From a virus: 64,000 bases of DNA. The notes beneath the pieces are model-generated. The model ran no database searches and was not told where the DNA came from. It saw only the letters and a list, made by a program, of their open reading frames with translations. Position 1 is the first letter of the stretch; the number at the start of each line of letters is the position of its first letter. The position numbers were made by a program, and so were the translations under genes. This document shows, in pieces, positions 48,475-58,660 of the stretch. The stretch covers positions 1-64,000 of IMG/VR virus record IMGVR_UViG_3300031368_000001; one strand, 5' to 3'.

Positions 48475-48744
48475 ATGCCAGGAGTAATTAATTACACAAA
48501 GCTCCCAGAAAGTCTAAGAGGGGGAGCACAAAGATGGATAGAAAATGGAATAGTTCCAGGAAGTTTTCTCACAGCAGTGATCCGTAATGATCTAACAGAA
48601 AGCTTTGCACAAGCTGATTATATTAATATCACTAAATTACAAGATATTGTGCACTTCTTTTACTGGGAAGCTCCAAGCCAGTGCTGGGGCTCAAAGGAAA
48701 AGATGATTGCATGGGGGAAAAAATTTAATGAGATAAGACCATGA
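48475..48744 (+). CDS. Hypothetical phage protein
   Basis: PGSFLTAV..NDL...AD...P..CWGS; AGGAGG RBS. Confidence 0.75.
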   Translation: MPGVINYTKLPESLRGGAQRWIENGIVPGSFLTAVIRNDLTESFAQADYINITKLQDIVHFFYWEAPSQCWGSKEKMIAWGKKFNEIRP

Positions 48745-49004
48745 ATATGAGAAGCGCTATGGCCAGCGCAAGAGCGAGAACTTTAAATGAAAAATTCCAT
48801 AAAAGTGCTGAAAACACTGTAAATAGATTACTAACAAGCCCCACACATTCAGCAAGAGTCTCTACAAAGTTAGCTAAACATATTTTGATACAACATGAAA
48901 CTCTCTTATATAATGGAATAGTATATTCTACTCACGTAAGAAATATAGGCGCTGGTGTAAAGGAATTATATTTAAAGGAATTTCATGAGGAGATAAGACC
49001 ATGA
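48741..49004 (+). CDS. Hypothetical protein
   Basis: ATGA coupling on both sides. Confidence 0.6.
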   Translation: MNMRSAMASARARTLNEKFHKSAENTVNRLLTSPTHSARVSTKLAKHILIQHETLLYNGIVYSTHVRNIGAGVKELYLKEFHEEIRP

Positions 49005-49273
49005 CTGATAATGATGCCATGACCGACAATAACACCATCCGTGATGTAAACACCGTCCGTGATGTAAACACCGTCCGTGATGTAAACACCGTCCGTGATG
49101 TAATAAAATTTAAAGTACATGTGATAAGAACAGGCTGGGCAAGTTTGGATATTGCTATCGCTGCAAAAGATAAGGATAGTGCAAAAACAAAAATTATGGA
49201 TACTATTGGAGACTATGAATTCTCAGAATATGATGCTGAGTATGAAATAGAATCTATGGAGATAATACCATGA
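49001..49273 (+). CDS. Hypothetical protein with N-terminal RDVNTV repeats
   Basis: 18-bp in-frame repeat x4. Confidence 0.6.
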   Translation: MTDNDAMTDNNTIRDVNTVRDVNTVRDVNTVRDVIKFKVHVIRTGWASLDIAIAAKDKDSAKTKIMDTIGDYEFSEYDAEYEIESMEIIP

Positions 49274-49497
49274 CTGACAATACTATGACTGATAATACCA
49301 TGACCGATAATAATATGACTGATAATAACACCGTCCGTGATGTAATGAAAGATCGTATCCGGGATCTGTTGGCTGGATATTTTAGGATAGATAATTTAGA
49401 TGTAGACGCTGATCTCGTAGCCAATATAGCTGATGAAGCTTTTTCGGTGACAGGGATAAGTGAGAAAGAACAGGATGAGGAGTGGAAAATTTTATAG
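49270..49497 (+). CDS. Hypothetical protein with N-terminal MTDNT repeats
   Basis: 15-bp repeat x4. Confidence 0.6.
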   Translation: MTDNTMTDNTMTDNNMTDNNTVRDVMKDRIRDLLAGYFRIDNLDVDADLVANIADEAFSVTGISEKEQDEEWKIL

Positions 49498-49868
49498 AGG
49501 TTAGCTAATACAGGCAGTGATTATAAAGAGCCCCAAGAAGGAACCTGGTGTGGTTTTAATCATTGCCTGTATTTTTATGTCTGGGTTTTCTCTTGTTCTA
49601 AGAGATCAAAAATGAAAAATAAAAGCCGGTCCTTTAGGAAATCCTTAATGGTTGTGAGAAAAAGTAGCTGTGAGAAAAAAAAAGAAAATATCATGAATAC
49701 TTACATAGGCACTTACCAGGATATGATAGAAAGAACTGTAGAGCTGATCCTTGCCGCGGCAGAAAAAATTCATAATAAAGATGCTATAAGTCGGATTTAC
49801 ACGGCCAACAGAGAGGTTGACACAAAAATTGGCAATATTATGGAGAATATCAGAAAGAAGAAGAGATC

Positions 49869-50084
49869 ATGACTAAACAGGAAAAGCGTAAGTACTGCAT
49901 CGGCTGTAGAGACAATTTCTACAACGGCAATAATCCATATGGCATTAAGGAATGCTGGAATCTTAAAGATGCAAAATTCGTGAAAAGAAAAAAGATTCCT
50001 ATAGATTTGAGCCCACCTTATGATCATATAAAAAAACAGAAAGTTTTGAGCTGCTATGGCCAAAAGGGGTATGTATATTGGTAG
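49869..50084 (+). CDS. Cys-rich microprotein
   Basis: CIGC...ECW...SCY. Confidence 0.65.
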   Translation: MTKQEKRKYCIGCRDNFYNGNNPYGIKECWNLKDAKFVKRKKIPIDLSPPYDHIKKQKVLSCYGQKGYVYW

Positions 50085-50178
50085 TTAGGTGGTAAATGCT
50101 GCTTATAAGCAGAGGGTCAGCTTGTATCTGACGTTTGATAGTAAACAAAACTATCATGCAGGGTTAAATCTGTATACC

Positions 50179-50236
50179 ACCTAACCAACCCACTAAGCTC
50201 GATAGCTAAAATTGCTGGTTAATTCAAGCGTTAGAT
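50179..50236 (+). mobile_element. attC site (58 bp)
   Basis: TACCACCTAAC is the exact complement of GTTAGGTGGTA at 50084; ends GTTAGAT. Confidence 0.7.
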
Positions 50237-50253
50237 TCATCAAGGAGGTAAAC

Positions 50254-50451
50254 ATGGAAATAGACGAAATTATAAATAACTTGGGCAAAAAAATATCAAC
50301 TCCAAAAGGAAATCAATTATTAGCTGGTTTTCAAATTGCAGTGTTAATGGAAAACAATAAATTAAAAGCATATCCTCAATCAATATCATTAATCTGTTGG
50401 TCAGATAATGGTGGAAAATATATGCATTGGGCAATTGATTGTAAAAAATAA
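50254..50451 (+). CDS. Cassette-borne hypothetical protein
   Basis: AGGAGG RBS; stop inside AAATAAC. Confidence 0.65.
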   Translation: MEIDEIINNLGKKISTPKGNQLLAGFQIAVLMENNKLKAYPQSISLICWSDNGGKYMHWAIDCKK

Positions 50452-50506
50452 CAAGCCGGTTGAGTCTAACGCTCATAAACTCGCGTGTCTTACCTCACCA
50501 TTATAC
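50446..50506 (+). mobile_element. Degenerate attC site
   Basis: AAATAACAAGCCGGTTGAG...ATTATAC (GTT mutated). Confidence 0.5.
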
Positions 50507-50539
50507 ATCCTAATAGCGTCTTAACGAAAGGAAAATACC

Positions 50540-50689
50540 ATGAAAGTAGACCTAATAGCTATTGGCTATGAATGGATCTGTCTGAAGTGTGGACATCTTA
50601 ATAATGAGTTCGAGATATTAAAAGAAGTTACCTGCGTAGAATGCGGTGAGATTTATGAAGTAGGTGAGACAGAACATGCGTGTGGGTGA
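50540..50689 (+). CDS. Zn-ribbon microprotein (49 aa)
   Basis: WICLKCG...CVECG. Confidence 0.65.
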   Translation: MKVDLIAIGYEWICLKCGHLNNEFEILKEVTCVECGEIYEVGETEHACG

Positions 50690-50783
50690 GACAGAACATG
50701 CGTGTGGGTGAGGCAGAACATGCTTATAGGTGAGACAGAACATACTTATAGATAAAAAAGCAAAATAGAGGAGGTGAGTATAC

Positions 50784-51023
50784 ATGAATAACACAATTTT
50801 CATATCGATAAAGGGCGGAGTTATCCAGAGTATCAATGTTACGGATGACCTGGATAGTATAAAAGCTGTGGTTATTGATTTTGATGTTCAAGGAATAGAG
50901 GATTCAACGCTCAATCTTGTGGATGGTCAGTGGGCAGTAATTTTTAATTACGGAGTAGAAAAAATAGCGGACGGAGATGTGGAGCATTTTGAGGGGATAG
51001 TGAAGAAGGGGACTAAGGGATGA
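50784..51023 (+). CDS. Hypothetical protein
   Basis: GGAGGTG RBS; IKGGVIQ. Confidence 0.65.
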   Translation: MNNTIFISIKGGVIQSINVTDDLDSIKAVVIDFDVQGIEDSTLNLVDGQWAVIFNYGVEKIADGDVEHFEGIVKKGTKG

Positions 51024-51539
51024 TTTTTTAGTAATGACAGCTAGATTTACTTGGATACTGTTTTTTGAGAAACTGTTTTCTTTGAAGATTTTCTATGTCG
51101 CTTCTTTTTATAATTCTCCAGACTTCTGATAAAATCCGGGTCAAAGTAAAGTGGTTTCTTTTTAGGCAGTAAATTCTTACCAAAGTCTCCAAAGTTAGTC
51201 ATTATAATTTTTCCCTATAACTCTTCCTTCTTTTTTAGCTTAAATTATATCATATTTATCAACTAAAAGCTAATATTATTTTAGACATATAGAAAAAATG
51301 TGGAAAATAGTAAAAATAAATAAGAACTTAGGAAAACACAGCAATTTAAAGCAATTTAAAGCATTTCAAAGCAATCCATCAGATCGGATATTTGGGGCCA
51401 TCAAAAATCAACAAAAATTTTTATTAATGATTCTATATACTTATATTAAAAATGATGGGGATGATTTTTTCTGATTCTTAAAAATCTCTGCAAAATTTTT
51501 CCTGGATAATCACGGAAAATAGCAAAAAGGTTTTTTGGG

Positions 51540-51995
51540 TAGTAACACTATCTTATTTAGAGTACCCGGTAAGTACCTGAAATTACTCAAAGAGTAACGG
51601 CAGAAAACCTTGGTGTTACTGGCCTAAGGGGTTGAAATAACTAAAAAAAACCCCTATATGGTAACGGGTACACCTGTTTTGAAAACTTTTTCTTGGAATT
51701 TTTAGCGTACCAGAAAAGTTTTATTTTTTATAATTCAGCCGTTACTGTTACCGGGGACGTCTAGCATTTAGTACTCTAAGTTATTGAAATGACTGAAGAA
51801 AAAAGGTTACAAACAGCGAAAACAGCGATTTTTTGAAAAGCTGAGAGCTACGTGATTTCAGGTACTTACGTCAACTAGTTAATAGTAACGTTTAACTATT
51901 TCTGGAGTACCTGTTTCAATGATTTCAGGTACTTAGCAGTACACGGCTGATTTTCTGCCGTTACTGTGTAAGTTATACTGTAAGTGTTGTAAGTT
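51540..51995. other. Putative replication origin
   Basis: Dense GTAAC/GTTAC/GTAC motifs; tgatttcaggtactta at 51853 and 51920 with a near-identical inverted copy at 51570; AT-rich flank; downstream of primase. Confidence 0.6.
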
Positions 51996-52264
51996 AGACC
52001 AAAAAAGTACTGGTGAGGAGGTTAAAAATGGCAACTAAACGTAATGTGGGTTTTATCCCTATATTTAGAAAGAAGGATGGTGCTGTGTATTGCAGACCCT
52101 CTCCTATTTTTAGTGATAAGCGATCGGCCAGGATAGGTGTAGCAAAAAAAGGATGGTTGGACAAAGATAATTTTTTAACTATAGGCAAGGTGGTATTCAG
52201 AACGGAGGCAGAAAATAGTGCGGAGGGTTAACGTATAAAAAATGCTCGAATTATGAACTATGAA

Positions 52265-53608
52265 TTATGAACTGAACGACTCTCTCCACACTGCATCGAA
52301 AGAGCGATACCAGACGCGGAGATGCATTTGCTTGACAGTTCTAAGTTCGTTACGAAAACCAAGGGTTCTTAATATTCGGCCTACATCCTTACGAGTAATC
52401 CTTTCTTTCTCTGCATTAGCCATATTAAGAAGAGTCTCCATACGAAGATAAATAACTTCACCATTCACCACAATTCTACTACCTATCCATTTGATATCCT
52501 TCATCACACCTTCTGAATAAACTTCTGAATTAATTAATCTTAAAATTAATCCAGTTAATGTCTCATCCATGGTAAGCTGAATAATTTCAGCTTCAGCCAA
52601 AGCTTTATTAACCATGTTTTCCCATGTTAGCTGTTTTACTGGTTTTGGAATCCTACCGGCTAGCTCACAAAATTTAATTTTAAACATGGAAAAAATAACC
52701 AATTCGTTTGTATTCATCTCAACTGATTCATCACTATGATTAGCTAAAAAAACTCTATATTTTCTTGCGCTATCGGGTGGAGGATATTTCAAAATTTGAA
52801 TTTTACTAATCTTTTCACCAACAGTTTTCCCCATTGCTTCTCGACCTTCTCGATCAGCAACTGATTTTATAGTACGTTTAATTTCTTTCCAGTCTAAAGG
52901 AGGAGTATTTCTTTCATTCCAATTCTCAAGAATTATTTCAGTTTGTGTAATATCACCATTAAAAATTCGTAAATAATAACCAGCAAGCTTGGTACAAACA
53001 GCATTTCGACTACCTTCCTTTACGCCCATAAGAGCTTCCTGTACCCAACCTTCAGGATTTTTTGAAACTCCGGTTATTCCCTGATCGGCTACAAGCTTAT
53101 CCTTAACATCACTTGGCAAATCCATAAGATCATCAAGGTCCATCTCAATAGGATCAATATCCCATTTATACTGAGTGCCATTAGGATGAATAGAAGGAGC
53201 TACTACAATATATCCTCCATCAGCACGAACATCCACATCAGGGAATAAACCAACTCTATTCTGATATTTTTGGTCTCGAGGATGTTTAAATAAAAGATGA
53301 AGAGATCCTTTTTTGCCTGTGGTTTGAGTAATAGTACCGTGAAGGTCGCCAAAGGCCGCAATATAATTCTCACGACCTATTTGTGAATCTAAATCTAATA
53401 CAATAAGATCCGAAACAAAACCAGTAACAAGACCAATATTAGCATCAGGCCATTTTTTCCACCAATGTTTTATTTGATCATCTGTTGCTTTCTCTTTTTG
53501 AAATTTTTCCCATGTTTTTAGCATAGGACTTTTTTCTCCAGGCCGAATTGGAAAAACAGACCATCCCAAACGAGCATATGCTAAAGCATACTCAGCTAAA
53601 GTTTTCAC
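52265..53608 (-). CDS. Bifunctional DNA primase/polymerase with PriCT-1 domain
   Basis: GWSVFP..K.P...WPDANIGLVTG..VLDLD...H..F...DVRADGGYIVVAPS.H; EGSRN...WN.RN.PPL. Confidence 0.9.
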   Translation of the reverse strand: MKTLAEYALAYARLGWSVFPIRPGEKSPMLKTWEKFQKEKATDDQIKHWWKKWPDANIGLVTGFVSDLIVLDLDSQIGRENYIAAFGDLHGTITQTTGKKGSLHLLFKHPRDQKYQNRVGLFPDVDVRADGGYIVVAPSIHPNGTQYKWDIDPIEMDLDDLMDLPSDVKDKLVADQGITGVSKNPEGWVQEALMGVKEGSRNAVCTKLAGYYLRIFNGDITQTEIILENWNERNTPPLDWKEIKRTIKSVADREGREAMGKTVGEKISKIQILKYPPPDSARKYRVFLANHSDESVEMNTNELVIFSMFKIKFCELAGRIPKPVKQLTWENMVNKALAEAEIIQLTMDETLTGLILRLINSEVYSEGVMKDIKWIGSRIVVNGEVIYLRMETLLNMANAEKERITRKDVGRILRTLGFRNELRTVKQMHLRVWYRSFDAVWRESFSS

Positions 53609-53705
53609 AGATCCTCCTTGATTTTCCCGAACAAAAAAATGAGGTTTTAAATAATTGAATATATTGAATTATTTAGAACTATAAATTTCTTTCGAGTAGA
53701 AAAAA

Positions 53706-53888
53706 CTATTTCAGAAATTCTTTTTTAGCTTTTGCCAACTCCTCTGGATCATTAGATTTGTATAGAGCCCGTGGCATAGCTATTGAAATTAACGAATGAT
53801 TTATCTCTAAAATACTTTTGTTTTGCTTAAGAATTTCTTTTGATAATTCCATTAAATCTTGATCTGGTCTAATTTGTTCAATTTCCAT
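53706..53888 (-). CDS. Small hypothetical protein
   Basis: GGAGG RBS. Confidence 0.55.
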   Translation of the reverse strand: MEIEQIRPDQDLMELSKEILKQNKSILEINHSLISIAMPRALYKSNDPEELAKAKKEFLK

Positions 53889-54101
53889 CTAATCCTCCAA
53901 AAAAAATTGCCGCTTCTCTCAGACTACGCTCGAAGCTGGGCACTCCGCCCCGTGCCTCACGACATAGGGAATCTAAAAGAAAGCGGCAAAATGTATTTGA
54001 TTCTTACCTCACCCAGCTCTTGGCGTTTTATACTCATTTAACTTATAATCTATTTATTAAAGTCCAATTATTACATTTTTTTAATTCATTATCCATGTTT
54101 T

Positions 54102-54425
54102 TTAATTCATTATCCATGTTTTTTTTAATTCACTGTCCATATCCTTTATCAATTTTTTTGTATCATCCAAGGATCTACCAACTATAGCTTTTCCCTCAGC
54201 TATTTTGACATCACGCATAAAGATAGCCTGGAGTTTACTTGGTTTATCATATCCTACTTTAACTTCAATAGACCCAAATAAACTCCGATAACAAAAAATA
54301 ATATCTATTACTCCACGATTTCCCCAGGGACCAGGATAAACGGGAAAGGCCTTGCAGAAAGAAAGAGAGTTAAGAAACTTTAAAGTGTCTCTTACAAGAT
54401 CAGTATGTTTGGTGCTTCTAGCCAT
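54102..54425 (-). CDS. VRR-NUC / PD-(D/E)xK nuclease
   Basis: GVIDII...IEVK...PSKLQ...RS. Confidence 0.85.
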   Translation of the reverse strand: MARSTKHTDLVRDTLKFLNSLSFCKAFPVYPGPWGNRGVIDIIFCYRSLFGSIEVKVGYDKPSKLQAIFMRDVKIAEGKAIVGRSLDDTKKLIKDMDSELKKTWIMN

Positions 54426-54936
54426 GAATAATCTCCTGCGATGTACACTTCAGTGCAGTCGCTATTTTTTGAGCCGTGAAAAGAGATGTTTGTTGTTTTA
54501 TAAATAAAAAAGATATGCTCTGACGAGTAAGTCCTATTTTCTCCGCTAGCCTACTTTGATTATATTTTAAAAGAATCATTTCTTGTTTAATTTTATCAAC
54601 ATCTATCTTAGTTTTAAATTTATTAACAGATTCTTTTGCAACAGAGAGCTCGTAAATAATATCAGAAATATGGTAGAATCCTTTATTCTTAAGATTCCGA
54701 ATAAAAATTTTTATATCCCGAGTAGAGGTAAACCATCCTGTTTTTTTTACCCTTGAATTGTTGAAAAATAAATAGATTTTTTGTTTTGCTGTATGATCGT
54801 TCTCTGTGTTGATAATCTTTAGACAAAGCAGTTTCTTTGAAGAACCAGCTTGAAGCTTTTGAATTCGTGCATCAATATTTGTAGCAATCCCAATTCTGAC
54901 GGGTGTACCTCGTTGTTGTTTGATAAAATAAATCAT
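54418..54936 (-). CDS. T5orf172/GIY-YIG-like domain fused to XRE-type HTH
   Basis: MIYFI...VRIG...RIQKLQAG; QSRLAEKIGLTRQSIS. Confidence 0.75.
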   Translation of the reverse strand: MIYFIKQQRGTPVRIGIATNIDARIQKLQAGSSKKLLCLKIINTENDHTAKQKIYLFFNNSRVKKTGWFTSTRDIKIFIRNLKNKGFYHISDIIYELSVAKESVNKFKTKIDVDKIKQEMILLKYNQSRLAEKIGLTRQSISFLFIKQQTSLFTAQKIATALKCTSQEIIHG

Positions 54937-54942
54937 GAATAT

Positions 54943-54971
54943 AGAATAAACCTAAAAAAAAATGAAGTCAA
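54943..54971 (-). promoter_or_regulatory. Sigma70 promoter, probably leaderless
   Basis: TTGACT-N17-TATTCT, 6 nt from the ATG at 54936. Confidence 0.7.
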
Positions 54972-54994
54972 GTCATTTTTTATACATTTTTTTG

Positions 54995-55023
54995 TTGACA
55001 TTCATTTTCTAATAAAATATACT
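54995..55023 (+). promoter_or_regulatory. Sigma70 promoter
   Basis: TTGACA-N17-TATACT. Confidence 0.85.
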
Positions 55024-55107
55024 GTATTCGACTAAGTAAAAAACTCTGTCAAGCAAAGAAAGAGAAAATAAAACATCAAGGAATGAAACATCAAGGAAAA
55101 AGGCACT

Positions 55108-56721
55108 ATGGAAATAAGCATCAAGGAATCTAAAAAAAAGGATAGACACCTCATTCTTCAATTTGACTATGATCCAGATATAATTTCTCAAGTGAAATCC
55201 ATCGGGATGAGATGGAGCCCGGCTAAAAAAATCTGGCATAGTAAAATCACCAAGCTTTTTGTTAGTTCCTTCCTTAAATTATTTCCTGAATTTCAAGATG
55301 AGTTAGAAGGATATGCTTTACAACCAGCCATAAACACTAATTATTTACCTTCAGAATATCTCAGGAATCATCAAAGAGAATCAGCTGCTTTAGAAAATCC
55401 GAGATACGGTGTATGGCACGATATTGGCTGTGGAAAGACCGTTTTGGCCATAGAGCTAATGAAACAGAAGGATGTAAAGACTATGGTAGTTTGTCCACTA
55501 TCTATCATTGAAACAACTTGGTTAGAGCTAATAGAAAAATTTGATCCTGAACGTTTTAAGTATACAATAAATCTCTGGGCACTAAAACAAAAAAATTCAC
55601 CAGCTGGAAGACGGGCTTATGAAGAAGGCTTAAAAAATTGTAAAACCGCACTTATAAATTTTGAGTCTTTTAGGACTATTCAAAAAGATTTAGAACAAGC
55701 AGACTTTCGGATGCTGCTGATTGACGAATCAACCTACTGTAAAAACCCTCGCTCCAAAATTACCGAGGCATTACTAGATTTTGGAGAAAATATGGATTTT
55801 GCATATCCTCTTTCTGGCAACCCTGCACCTAATTCTGAAATGGAATATTGGTCACAGACTCAGTTAATAGATCCAACTTTATTCGGAACTAACTTTTACG
55901 CTTTCAGAGCTCGTTATTTCTATAGCCATGGTTATGGAAATTTTAAGTGGTCAATGAAAAAAGATAAGCGAGAGGATTTTCTGGGAAAATTAGCTGGTAT
56001 ATCTGAAGCGGTACGAAAAGAAGATGTACTTGATTTACCTGAGAAGACAGAAAATGTTAGAAAGATATATTTGAATGTCACTGAGAGAAAAGCTTATGAA
56101 GATATGAAGAAGCATCTGGTTATCGAGTTCGGCGATCAAGAAATTATTGCCGCAAATGCTGCGGTTAAACTTATGAAGTTAAGAGAAGGTACAAGTGGTT
56201 TCTACTTAGATCAAGAAAAAAACGCAATTCATGTTGGAGACTCAAAGCTAAATGAACTTGAAAAATTACTAGAAGAAGCAAGAAATAATCAGATGATTAT
56301 CTGGACACATTTTCATTATGAAGCAGATCAAATTGAAAGACTATTCCGAAAAATATTGAAACAAAGATCAATAACCTGGGGTCGGGTTGATGGAACAATC
56401 AATAAGCAAGAGACTAAAAATCAGACGATTAAAGAATTCAAGGAAGGGAGACTCCAGTATTTAGTAGCTCATCCAGGTTCCCTTGGTCGCGGACAAAACC
56501 TATACAATTGTTCTTACATGACATTTTTCAGCCTCAGTCATAGCTATGACTTATTCGATCAGTGTGGAGGACGAATATATCGAGATGGCCAAGTAAACAA
56601 ATGTTCTTACTATTTTTTAATCGCTGATCGTTCTGTGGATGAAGTAATTATGAAAGCATTATTAGAGAAAGGTAAAGTGGTTGAGGCGGTATTTGAATAT
56701 ATTAAGAAGGGAGGGAAATGA
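55108..56721 (+). CDS. SNF2-family SF2 helicase
   Basis: DIGCGKT, VVCP, LIDES, LSGNP, G.GQNL, Q..GRIYRDGQ. Confidence 0.9.
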   Translation: MEISIKESKKKDRHLILQFDYDPDIISQVKSIGMRWSPAKKIWHSKITKLFVSSFLKLFPEFQDELEGYALQPAINTNYLPSEYLRNHQRESAALENPRYGVWHDIGCGKTVLAIELMKQKDVKTMVVCPLSIIETTWLELIEKFDPERFKYTINLWALKQKNSPAGRRAYEEGLKNCKTALINFESFRTIQKDLEQADFRMLLIDESTYCKNPRSKITEALLDFGENMDFAYPLSGNPAPNSEMEYWSQTQLIDPTLFGTNFYAFRARYFYSHGYGNFKWSMKKDKREDFLGKLAGISEAVRKEDVLDLPEKTENVRKIYLNVTERKAYEDMKKHLVIEFGDQEIIAANAAVKLMKLREGTSGFYLDQEKNAIHVGDSKLNELEKLLEEARNNQMIIWTHFHYEADQIERLFRKILKQRSITWGRVDGTINKQETKNQTIKEFKEGRLQYLVAHPGSLGRGQNLYNCSYMTFFSLSHSYDLFDQCGGRIYRDGQVNKCSYYFLIADRSVDEVIMKALLEKGKVVEAVFEYIKKGGK

Positions 56722-57085
56722 ATGAAGAAAACATATTGTGATATCTGTGATAAGGAAATTCGAGGTGAAGATAATCGGAGTACTATATACATTAAGGAAA
56801 GGGATGCTTATTCAGGCGAAATTCTTTTTTCTGAAGTTTGTAGTACTTGTACAAGGAAAGTAATAGATTTTATAAACGAGATTACGGAACATCGACGGGA
56901 GAAAAAATAACAATGACAAAAATTCAGTACTTAGGTCTTTTTCTATTATTCCTTGCACATTATTTCAACCACTGGCCTTACTTTAAAAAGAATGAATTTT
57001 CTTGTAGATTGATAGCTTGGATCTGTTTTACTGGTGCTAGTTTATGCTTAGGATTTGTTTTATTTGGTTAACAAGGATTAGAACA

Positions 57086-57283
57086 ATGACTGATATTGAT
57101 ACCATCGAACTCTCAGGCGAAATAACAGCCGATACGGATCTGGCTATCCTATTCACTGACAGCATAACCGAAGCATGGATAGCGAGATCTTTGATTGAGA
57201 TTGAAACTGACTTTTACAAATTCGGAGAACCAATAACGATAATTATGCCGAGATGGGTAGCAGAAAAAGAAGGATTTATATGA
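57086..57283 (+). CDS. Small phage protein
   Basis: TDLAIL...WIARSLI...MPRWVAEKEG. Confidence 0.65.
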   Translation: MTDIDTIELSGEITADTDLAILFTDSITEAWIARSLIEIETDFYKFGEPITIIMPRWVAEKEGFI

Positions 57284-57432
57284 ATTCAAAAGAAGCTATA
57301 AAAGAAATACAGAAAGAAATGAATGAATTGGAACTTCAAACTGAATTAGTCTGGATACTTATAGCAGTTTTAACAGTTTTATATTTTATCTACCCTTTAT
57401 TTATTATCTAAAAACTTTAACAAGGAGGAATT

Positions 57433-57876
57433 ATGACCGAAGAAAAAGATCTAACCAAATTATTCACCGAAGAAAAAAAATCTACCCCGGAGCTTCAGCA
57501 GCACGTAAAAGAGTTTTATGACCTTGTTATAAAAGAACGCGCTCTCAAGAAAGACCTCGATGAATTACAGGAAAAGCGTATGGCAGCTGAGGAGACTCTC
57601 TACAGCAGTTTAGAAGATGCTAACTTTGAACTCATAAGAACCGAGAACGGAACTTTTTCCAGACGAATCGATCTCTATGCCAACTTCGAGCCTGGAAAAA
57701 AAGAAGAGGGTTTTGCATGGCTTAAAGAACAGGGTTTTGGAGATCTGATCTACGAGACCGTAAACTCGAGAACATTCTCTGCATTTATTAAAGATTTTAA
57801 GAAAGATGAAATGGCGGAGTTACCGGAGTTTGTGAATACTTCGATTAAGAAGAAAATAGGTTTTAGGAAGAAGTAA
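57433..57876 (+). CDS. Phage replication-module protein
   Basis: AGGAGG RBS; coiled coil then WL...G.GDLI.ETVN..T. Confidence 0.7.
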   Translation: MTEEKDLTKLFTEEKKSTPELQQHVKEFYDLVIKERALKKDLDELQEKRMAAEETLYSSLEDANFELIRTENGTFSRRIDLYANFEPGKKEEGFAWLKEQGFGDLIYETVNSRTFSAFIKDFKKDEMAELPEFVNTSIKKKIGFRKK

Positions 57877-57887
57877 GGAGATTAATC

Positions 57888-58163
57888 ATGCCAAAACTCT
57901 ACACACACAAAGTGCATGTTTCACCTCTCAGTGGTACTTTTACACCTTTCCCTATTGATATGTTGAGATATGATTGTCTGTGTCCGAATTCAGAGGAAGA
58001 TTCTGGAAAAATTATAGAAAATTTTAGTGTTCCATGGGATTTCATGAAAGCAAGAGAAAGTCTTATCATCACTCTCGAGCGTGAAGGCTGGAAAACCTGG
58101 GAACCAACTTATGAAAGATGGAAAAGTTTTTCGTGGACAGTTGTAGGGCATGAGGTAATTTAA
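57888..58163 (+). CDS. Hypothetical phage protein
   Basis: FPIDMLRYD...RWKSF.W. Confidence 0.7.
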   Translation: MPKLYTHKVHVSPLSGTFTPFPIDMLRYDCLCPNSEEDSGKIIENFSVPWDFMKARESLIITLEREGWKTWEPTYERWKSFSWTVVGHEVI

Positions 58164-58660
58164 TGCCCGCACCATCTCACGCAAAAACTTTATTAAGCAT
58201 TAACAAAACTTGGAGTGAATCTAAACTGAGGTTTAAATGCACAAACTGTGGTTATAAAGGTCATGTCAGTGAGCTATTATGTGTGGACGAAGAAAAAACT
58301 TTATGGTGTCCGAGATGTTCAACAGCAAATACTGTGTGGGAAAGAGATTTGATAGAAGAGGGGGGAATGAAAAATGGAGCTCAGCGAAATCATAGAAAAA
58401 GAACTTTGGGGAAAGAAAGTAAAGATAAAACCATGGCAATACTGTAAATGTCAAATCTGTACACAGAGATTTGGTTTTATAGATAGCATAGAGAGACCTT
58501 CACTTTGGAAAAGAAACCACGGACCGCAAGAAGACATAATTTATGTAAGATCTTCCTCTGAACCTAATGGAGAAATACAGGGATTTCTGACTGATCGTGT
58601 AGAGCTTTTATAACAAAAAAAAGAGTGAGATAATAATTAAAAAGAACGGGGAATGAGGTA

